Shown piece after piece: positions 39,171-44,525 of a stretch of 44,525 bases of DNA (position 1 is the first letter of the stretch; each line of letters opens with the position of its first letter). The notes under the pieces were generated by a model that worked only from the letters and a program-made list of their open reading frames with translations, did not search any database and was not told the DNA's origin. A program made the translations under genes and the position numbers. The stretch covers positions 1 through 44,525 of the forward strand of contig JAYKIX010000178.1 of assembly GCA_035286005.1 (NCBI GenBank), read 5' to 3'. This DNA comes from Synechococcus sp. GTDB taxonomy: Bacteria > Cyanobacteriota > Cyanobacteriia > PCC-6307 > Cyanobiaceae.

Positions 39171-40359
39171 GCATCAGCCAGATTTATATCTTGATGCCTG
39201 CGCCACGACCCCCCTCCGCCCCGGAGTGGTCGAGGCGATGCTTGAGGTGCATGCCAATGCCTGGGGCAATCCCTCCAGCCTCCATGGGTTTGGCCTTGCG
39301 GCAGCCGAGAGCTTGGAACGATCGCGTTCGCGTATCGCTTTGGCTCTGAACGCCTCCCAGGACGACGTGGTCCTGACCTCAGGTGCAACGGAGTCCATCC
39401 ATCTGGCATTACATGGATTTGCGGCGCATCAATCCCCTGGACGGGTCGTGATTTCAGCGGTTGAACATCCTGCGGTGACTGCCGCAGCTGAGCGCTTGAA
39501 AGGATGGGGATGGCAGGTCATGCTCTGGCCCGTTGACGCTTTCGGACGGATTGATCTCAGCTTCTTGGAGGAGATGCTCTCGCCCCCGACGCGTCTTGTT
39601 TCGCTGATCTGGGGGCAAAGTGAAGTGGGCACCCTTCAACCCATTCATGCGGTTGGGGTGGCCTGTTCCAATCGGGGCATTCCCTTCCACGTGGACGCGA
39701 CCCAGGTGGTCAGTCAGGGGCGTCCTGACTGGAGTGCTCTCCCGGCAGATTTCTTAAGTGCTTCCGCTCACAAGTTCGGCGGACCCAAGGGCATCGGCCT
39801 GCTGTTGATTCGACACGGTAGGCGGCAGGACATGCACCCCCTCCTGGGCGGCGGCGGTCAGGAGCAGGGTCTTCGTGCCGGCACCATCCCCGTGTCGCTG
39901 GCGGCAGGTCTGGCAGAGGCCCTCGACCGGTCTCCGTCTTGGACCCCTGGCGATAGAACTCCGGATGTTCCCAACGATCTCAACGGCATCGTCGGGTTGC
40001 GTGATCAACTGCTGGAGATGCTGTTGGTTGATTCTCGTTACCAGCTCACTGGAGATCCCGAGAACCGACTCCCGCATCACATTTCATTGTTGGTGTTCAA
40101 TCACCAGAAACGACCAGTGTCGGGCAGAGCTCTTGTGCGTGCGTTGGCCCAGCGAGGAATCGCGGTGAGCAGCGGCAGTGCGTGTTCCTCTGGACAAGAC
40201 TCCGGTAGTCCGATTCTGGCGGCGATGGGTGTGGACCCTGCTCTGGTCCGTTCCGGCCTACGCCTAAGCCTGGGGCCGTGGCTCGCCGCTGATCAACTGC
40301 CACAGCTGGTGGCTGTGATGGATCAAACACTGACGGATCTAGACGACGCCACCGCTTGA
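39163..40359 (+). CDS. Cysteine desulfurase (group I, NifS/IscS-like)
   Basis: YLDACATTP, TSGATES, SAHKFGGPKG, SSGSACSSG; GTG start overlaps the dapF stop. Confidence 0.92.
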   Translation: MAEHQPDLYLDACATTPLRPGVVEAMLEVHANAWGNPSSLHGFGLAAAESLERSRSRIALALNASQDDVVLTSGATESIHLALHGFAAHQSPGRVVISAVEHPAVTAAAERLKGWGWQVMLWPVDAFGRIDLSFLEEMLSPPTRLVSLIWGQSEVGTLQPIHAVGVACSNRGIPFHVDATQVVSQGRPDWSALPADFLSASAHKFGGPKGIGLLLIRHGRRQDMHPLLGGGGQEQGLRAGTIPVSLAAGLAEALDRSPSWTPGDRTPDVPNDLNGIVGLRDQLLEMLLVDSRYQLTGDPENRLPHHISLLVFNHQKRPVSGRALVRALAQRGIAVSSGSACSSGQDSGSPILAAMGVDPALVRSGLRLSLGPWLAADQLPQLVAVMDQTLTDLDDATA

Positions 40360-40403
40360 ATCACGCCATCGCGGTACCCTCCATCCACCAGTGGGAAACT
40401 TTT

Positions 40404-41099
40404 TTGAGCGCCAACCTTCCTGCCGATCTCAAGGCGGCTGAGGCCGCTGCGCTGCAGGCTCTGCTTCAGGCCCTCAAGCTAGAGGAGGGAAACCGTTGGA
40501 CGGTGACTTGGCGATTTGAAGGTCTGCGGTTGCTGCCAGTGGTGATTCGCTTTGTTGAAGGACTGCGAGAGGTTGGATTGGATCCCGTTGTGGCGTGGCC
40601 TGATGCAGGAGCAGCAGCCCTCGCGCAACGGGATGCCCCCGATCTCGCTGGCAGCATTTGTTCTCTGATGGATCTGAAGCGTGGTCGTTTTTCAGATGCT
40701 GGTGAACGACTCTTGTTGGCTATCGCTCCTCAACCAAGTGACTACGAGGAACTGGAAGCTGTCACGGAAGCGTGGAATGGGCCTGTCGCGATGTTGAACG
40801 GCAGACTTGAGGATGCTGCGGTGGGCATCGGCAATGTGGCGCGCACTCGCCGGCGCGGCTTTGTATCGACATGGCAGACGGCCTACTGGCTTGAACCTCT
40901 CTCTCAGGGAGCCTTACTCCGGCAGTGCCCTGAACCTTGGTGGCTCTTTCGGCGCGACCCGGATGGGTATCGCGCGGTTGGCCAGTTCGACACCCGTCCA
41001 GATCCTGAAACGCTAGAAGCGTCTCTTTACGGAGATGGCGCTGAATTACAACGCCAGATGGGTGCGATGGATCGGTTCCTGAATGATCTGCGTGGTTGA
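40404..41099 (+). CDS. DUF1995 family protein
   Basis: LPADL..AE, FEGLRL, WPDAGAAALAQRD, NGRLED..VGIG; start uncertain (40356 or 40404). Confidence 0.82.
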   Translation: MSANLPADLKAAEAAALQALLQALKLEEGNRWTVTWRFEGLRLLPVVIRFVEGLREVGLDPVVAWPDAGAAALAQRDAPDLAGSICSLMDLKRGRFSDAGERLLLAIAPQPSDYEELEAVTEAWNGPVAMLNGRLEDAAVGIGNVARTRRRGFVSTWQTAYWLEPLSQGALLRQCPEPWWLFRRDPDGYRAVGQFDTRPDPETLEASLYGDGAELQRQMGAMDRFLNDLRG

Positions 41100-41170
41100 T
41101 CCGTCATGAGCTGCACTGGGTTGATACCGGCCCAGACCGTCTTTAAATTGTCTGTTCAAGACAGGTTCCC

Positions 41171-41686
41171 ATGGCTGGAGCGAAGGGGTTGAAGGGCGTC
41201 TCCTGGGTGGATGGCCTGGCCGGGGCTGTTGCCCTGATTGCCTTAGCGGGCGTCGTGTGGAGTCCCAAGTTGAGCAACACCGTGGCTCGCGCCACCGGAG
41301 GGTTGAAGCCCGTGCAAGTGACTGTGGATGTTCGAGGCCTGCCAACTGCGAATCGAACCAAGTTGATCGCTGATGCCCTGTCCCATGGAAAAACGAGCCT
41401 CGTGATTCGCAACCAGCCAGCCGGATCAGTGCGTCTTGAAGATATCCAAGACATTTCCGGCAAGTTGGTCACGCTGCTTCCCGACGGCCGTGTTGTGCAG
41501 GCACCAGATCCCAATCGAGAGATCCAGGGCATTTTGGAGGCTCGTTTTGTGCTCAAAGGTGAAGCCACCGTGTCGTCCTCGGGTGTGGTGATGGCAGGGA
41601 CCAACCTCAAGATCGGTTCACCTGTTGAGCTAGAAGGCCCTCGTTATCGCGTCAATGGCACTGTCAGCGGCGTGGAGGTGCAGTGA
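41171..41686 (+). CDS. DUF4330 family membrane-anchored protein
   Basis: N-terminal TM segment, IRNQPAG, KIGSPVELEG..YR.NG.V. Confidence 0.8.
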   Translation: MAGAKGLKGVSWVDGLAGAVALIALAGVVWSPKLSNTVARATGGLKPVQVTVDVRGLPTANRTKLIADALSHGKTSLVIRNQPAGSVRLEDIQDISGKLVTLLPDGRVVQAPDPNREIQGILEARFVLKGEATVSSSGVVMAGTNLKIGSPVELEGPRYRVNGTVSGVEVQ

Positions 41687-42990
41687 TGGTCATGCTTTGG
41701 ATGCGTTGTCCGATCGCGATGCTGCTGTTGGGAGGCTTGGCCTCCCCGTCCTTGGCTCAAGAGCAGATCACAATCCTGGATCAGCTTGGAGCTCCCACCA
41801 GCTCGGTCCCGTTCCTTTCCCCTCCACCACCCACACAGAACAGGGCGCTGCCAAGCCTTCAGCAAGGGGGTATCTGTCAGCCACTTCAAACAGCCCTGAT
41901 GCGCCATCTCGGCAGCTCCAGATCCGCTTGGAGCATCAGTGTCGTCGATCCCGCCGGCCGTCTCATCGGTGATGTGAATGGTGATGTGGCCAGGATTCCT
42001 GCGTCCAATCAAAAACTGATCACTACAGCCTTCGCACTCGATCGCCTAGGGCCCGACTACCGCCTGAAAACCAAATTGCTCCGTCGTTCTGATGGAACTC
42101 TTGAACTTGTCGGTCAAGGCGATCCCGATCTTGGCCTGGCAGGAGTGCAGCGTTTCGCGATGGCGGCCCTGGGCCAAGGAGGTTCAAGAGGCGCTGCGAC
42201 TGGACCAGTGCAGCTGATGTTGCGCGAAGAACCCCAACAGCGTTGGTGGCCCCATGATTGGCATCCTGCGGACCGTGCCGAGGCCTACGGCGCACCGATC
42301 ACCCGTCTTGCGTTGACCAGTAACGCTTTAGACACAGCCGTACGCAATCCAGCCGCCCGTTTTCAAACCCTGTTGCAGCGCGAGATTCAGCGCCAGGGTG
42401 GTCAGGTATCCATGACTCTGTTGAGACCGAGTGCCTCGGATGAGCAGACTGTCGTGCTCCATGAAGAGACTTCAGCACCGATGCATGCGCTGATGAGTCT
42501 CTCCAATACCGAAAGCCATAACTTCACCGCCGAGGTGCTTCTGCGTCAAGCTGCAGATGAATGGGATGTGCGTCAGGCGTCCTCTGCCGCGATGCAGTGG
42601 ATGCGGTCGCAAAACCTCCCACTCTCTGGTGTACGAATCGCCGACGGGAGTGGCTTGTCGCGGAACAACCGTCTCACAAGTCGAACGCTGTCAGCTCTGT
42701 TGCTGCGCATGAAACACCATCCTCTGAGCGCTTACTACCAGGCCTCCATGGCGATTGCCGGTCAACGCGGCACTCTTCGTAACCTGTTCAAGGGCACAGG
42801 TCTTGAGGGTCGCTTTCACGGCAAAACGGGCACATTGACGGGAGTTCGATCCGTGAGTGGACTCCTCCAAACCAAGGATGGTTTGCGCTTTGTGAGCATG
42901 ATCTCAAATGGAGCCTCTTCACCCAACACCACGATGGAAAAGGTGCTCCTTTCGGTGCAGCAGCTCAGCCCGTGCCCTTCATCGTTCTGA
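41683..42990 (+). CDS. dacB: D-alanyl-D-alanine carboxypeptidase/endopeptidase (PBP4, S13)
   Basis: PASNQK (SxxK), SHN (SxN), DGSGLSR, KTGT. Confidence 0.93.
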   Translation: MMVMLWMRCPIAMLLLGGLASPSLAQEQITILDQLGAPTSSVPFLSPPPPTQNRALPSLQQGGICQPLQTALMRHLGSSRSAWSISVVDPAGRLIGDVNGDVARIPASNQKLITTAFALDRLGPDYRLKTKLLRRSDGTLELVGQGDPDLGLAGVQRFAMAALGQGGSRGAATGPVQLMLREEPQQRWWPHDWHPADRAEAYGAPITRLALTSNALDTAVRNPAARFQTLLQREIQRQGGQVSMTLLRPSASDEQTVVLHEETSAPMHALMSLSNTESHNFTAEVLLRQAADEWDVRQASSAAMQWMRSQNLPLSGVRIADGSGLSRNNRLTSRTLSALLLRMKHHPLSAYYQASMAIAGQRGTLRNLFKGTGLEGRFHGKTGTLTGVRSVSGLLQTKDGLRFVSMISNGASSPNTTMEKVLLSVQQLSPCPSSF

Positions 42991-43918
42991 GCCGTGATGC
43001 AGCGCGACGGGCGCGTGAGATCGGAACGGTCTCCGTGCCCTGGCGGTTGACTTCAGCCGTGCGCTGATTCAAACCAGAATCGCTGGGACGAATTGTCTGA
43101 ATCTTCACCAGTTCCTGGCGTCCAGCGAGAACGACCTGGGCTATTTCCTTGAGCCTGCTCTCCAGTTCACCGAGGGTTTGTTCGGCATAACGGTTAGCCC
43201 CGTCTTGCACGGCCCCTGCCTCCTGGCGGGTGCGCTGGATCAGGCTCTCGCACTGCTGCTGTGTTTGCTGACGGTATTGGAGGGCTTCTTGATGCAGGCG
43301 CTCTGCCTCACCTTGGGCTTCTCTCTGAAGGCGGAGGCCCTCCTGGCGCACTTGATCCAACTCCTGCAGGGCCTGCAAGCGATTGCGTTCATGCTGCTCG
43401 GCTAGCTGGCGTTTGAGATCAATGGACTCTTGATCCAATTGCTGGCGGCGTTGCAGAGCTTCCTGTTCAAGCTGCTGCCGCCGCGAGGCGTACTGCTGTT
43501 CAAGCTGAGCCAACTTGGTCTGCGAGTCGTGCTCCAACTGCGCCGCTTGCTGCCGGGTGGCCTGCAGGAGTTGCTCGCATTGCTGACGCGCCTGATCGCG
43601 TAGCTCATTCACCTGCCGTTCTGCTTCCTGGCGGATGGACGCGGTGTTAACGAGTTGATCCCGTTGTTGCTGGGCCTTTTGAACGATCTCATCAGCCTGC
43701 TGCTTCGCAGTGCTGATGTACTGATGACGGGTCTGAATCAGCTGATCGGCCTGAGCGACCTGGCTCGGAAGGGTTTCCCGTATGGCATCGAGCAATTCCA
43801 CAGCGTCCTGTTCGTTGACGAGACGCCCGCCGCTGAAGGGAATGCGGCTTCCTTCCAAAAGGATCTCCTCCAGCTGATCCAGCTGGTCGAGAACAGGTAA
43901 CCGTATCTCGCTCATCAC
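42965..43918 (-). CDS. DivIVA-like (Cdv3-type) coiled-coil protein
   Basis: [21 protein letters not shown], long Q/E/R-rich coiled coil, QDGANRYAE; downstream of coaD. Confidence 0.75.
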   Translation of the reverse strand: MMSEIRLPVLDQLDQLEEILLEGSRIPFSGGRLVNEQDAVELLDAIRETLPSQVAQADQLIQTRHQYISTAKQQADEIVQKAQQQRDQLVNTASIRQEAERQVNELRDQARQQCEQLLQATRQQAAQLEHDSQTKLAQLEQQYASRRQQLEQEALQRRQQLDQESIDLKRQLAEQHERNRLQALQELDQVRQEGLRLQREAQGEAERLHQEALQYRQQTQQQCESLIQRTRQEAGAVQDGANRYAEQTLGELESRLKEIAQVVLAGRQELVKIQTIRPSDSGLNQRTAEVNRQGTETVPISRARRAASRLRTMKGTG

Positions 43919-44409
43919 GCTTCGGCAGGGGAAGACAAATTAAAAAGCCTCGTGAGGTCTTCTGCCACCACCTCAGGGACCATGTGACCGACTGGCCCAC
44001 CGAACCGGGCCACCTCTTTCACGACGGAACTGCTGAGAAAGCTGTGATGGGCTGCAGTTGCCAGAAAAATCGTTTCGAATTCAGCTGAGAGCGAACGGTT
44101 GGTATGGGCGATTTGGAGCTCATATTCGAAATCACTCATGGCCCGGAGCCCACGAAGGATCAGGCTGACCTTCTGCTCGCGGGCGCATTGCACTGTCAAT
44201 CCATCGAAGCTGATCACCTCCACGCCCACGAGATGAGATGTGGCGCAGCGGATCTGAGCAAGGCGTTGCTCAAGGGGAAATGCGGGGGTTTTCCCAGGGT
44301 TCTGAAGGACAGCCACCACAACCTCGCCGAACAAAGAACAGCCACGTTCGATCAGATCAAGGTGTCCGAGGGTTAGCGGATCAAAACTGCCTGGATAGAG
44401 AGCCCGCAT
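43915..44409 (-). CDS. coaD: Phosphopantetheine adenylyltransferase
   Basis: [33 protein letters not shown]; ATG at 44409 (track start 44418). Confidence 0.96.
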   Translation of the reverse strand: MRALYPGSFDPLTLGHLDLIERGCSLFGEVVVAVLQNPGKTPAFPLEQRLAQIRCATSHLVGVEVISFDGLTVQCAREQKVSLILRGLRAMSDFEYELQIAHTNRSLSAEFETIFLATAAHHSFLSSSVVKEVARFGGPVGHMVPEVVAEDLTRLFNLSSPAEA

Positions 44410-44482
44410 CGCCAGCACTGCGCTGAATGGATCCTATGCAGCGTCCTCTGACTAGATTTCCGCCATTGCCGACTTCCAGACC

Positions 44483-44525
44483 ATGAGCCTCGACGCTGAA
44501 GCCAAAAAAGTGCTCCTGCGCAAGA
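44483..44525 (+). CDS. Probable flavin reductase family protein (N-terminal fragment only)
   Basis: ATG at 44483 gives MSLDAEAKKVLLRK, resembling cyanobacterial flavin reductase N-termini; only 14 codons are visible. Confidence 0.55.
   Translation, partial: MSLDAEAKKVLLRK

Noticed and set aside
43200-43720. Repetitive CTG/TTG-rich DNA as a repeat array
   Set aside because: It is explained by Gln/Glu-rich coiled-coil codons of the DivIVA-like gene.
3975-44525. HIP1 (GCGATCGC) enrichment, CRISPR arrays, IS elements, prophage or defence genes
   Set aside because: I noticed only isolated HIP1 copies (e.g. near 19494 and 35496). No repeat-spacer pattern or mobile/defence motifs were seen, and nearly all bases are explained by core genes.

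Overview
The window consists of two segments of apparently different origin, joined at about 3970-3983. Bases 1-~3975 are visibly higher in GC and CpG-rich, and look non-cyanobacterial (probably Betaproteobacteria-like). They carry a partial HpcH/HpaI aldolase, an atypical acyl-CoA dehydrogenase, an MFS transporter, a small hypothetical gene, a Rid-family gene and two heptamer-repeat arrays. Bases ~3975-44525 are a compact core-genome stretch of a marine/euryhaline Synechococcus-like picocyanobacterium. It starts inside a truncated psaK and continues through DUF3593, DUF2499, csaB, ggtADCB-ggpS, a PrxQ, rpmB, htpG, two ferredoxins, hisZ, suhB, tRNA-Ser(GGA), pstBAC, dnaK-dnaJ, murQ, mtnP, a cyclophilin, ribBA, argC, purN, an M61 peptidase, an amidase, pgi, leuS, hfq, dapF, a cysteine desulfurase, dacB, a DivIVA-like gene and coaD. 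I saw no integrase, transposase, CRISPR array or defence system. The junction is most simply an assembly or cloning chimera, although a real insertion into psaK cannot be excluded. I found no convincing complete novel system. The best leads for under-described biology are a Cys4 domain fused to DapF next to a cysteine desulfurase, a lytic-transglycosylase-like hypothetical facing an amidase/M61 operon, and the atypical catabolic enzymes and heptamer hairpin in the foreign segment. Family assignments come from recognised motifs, not database searches.
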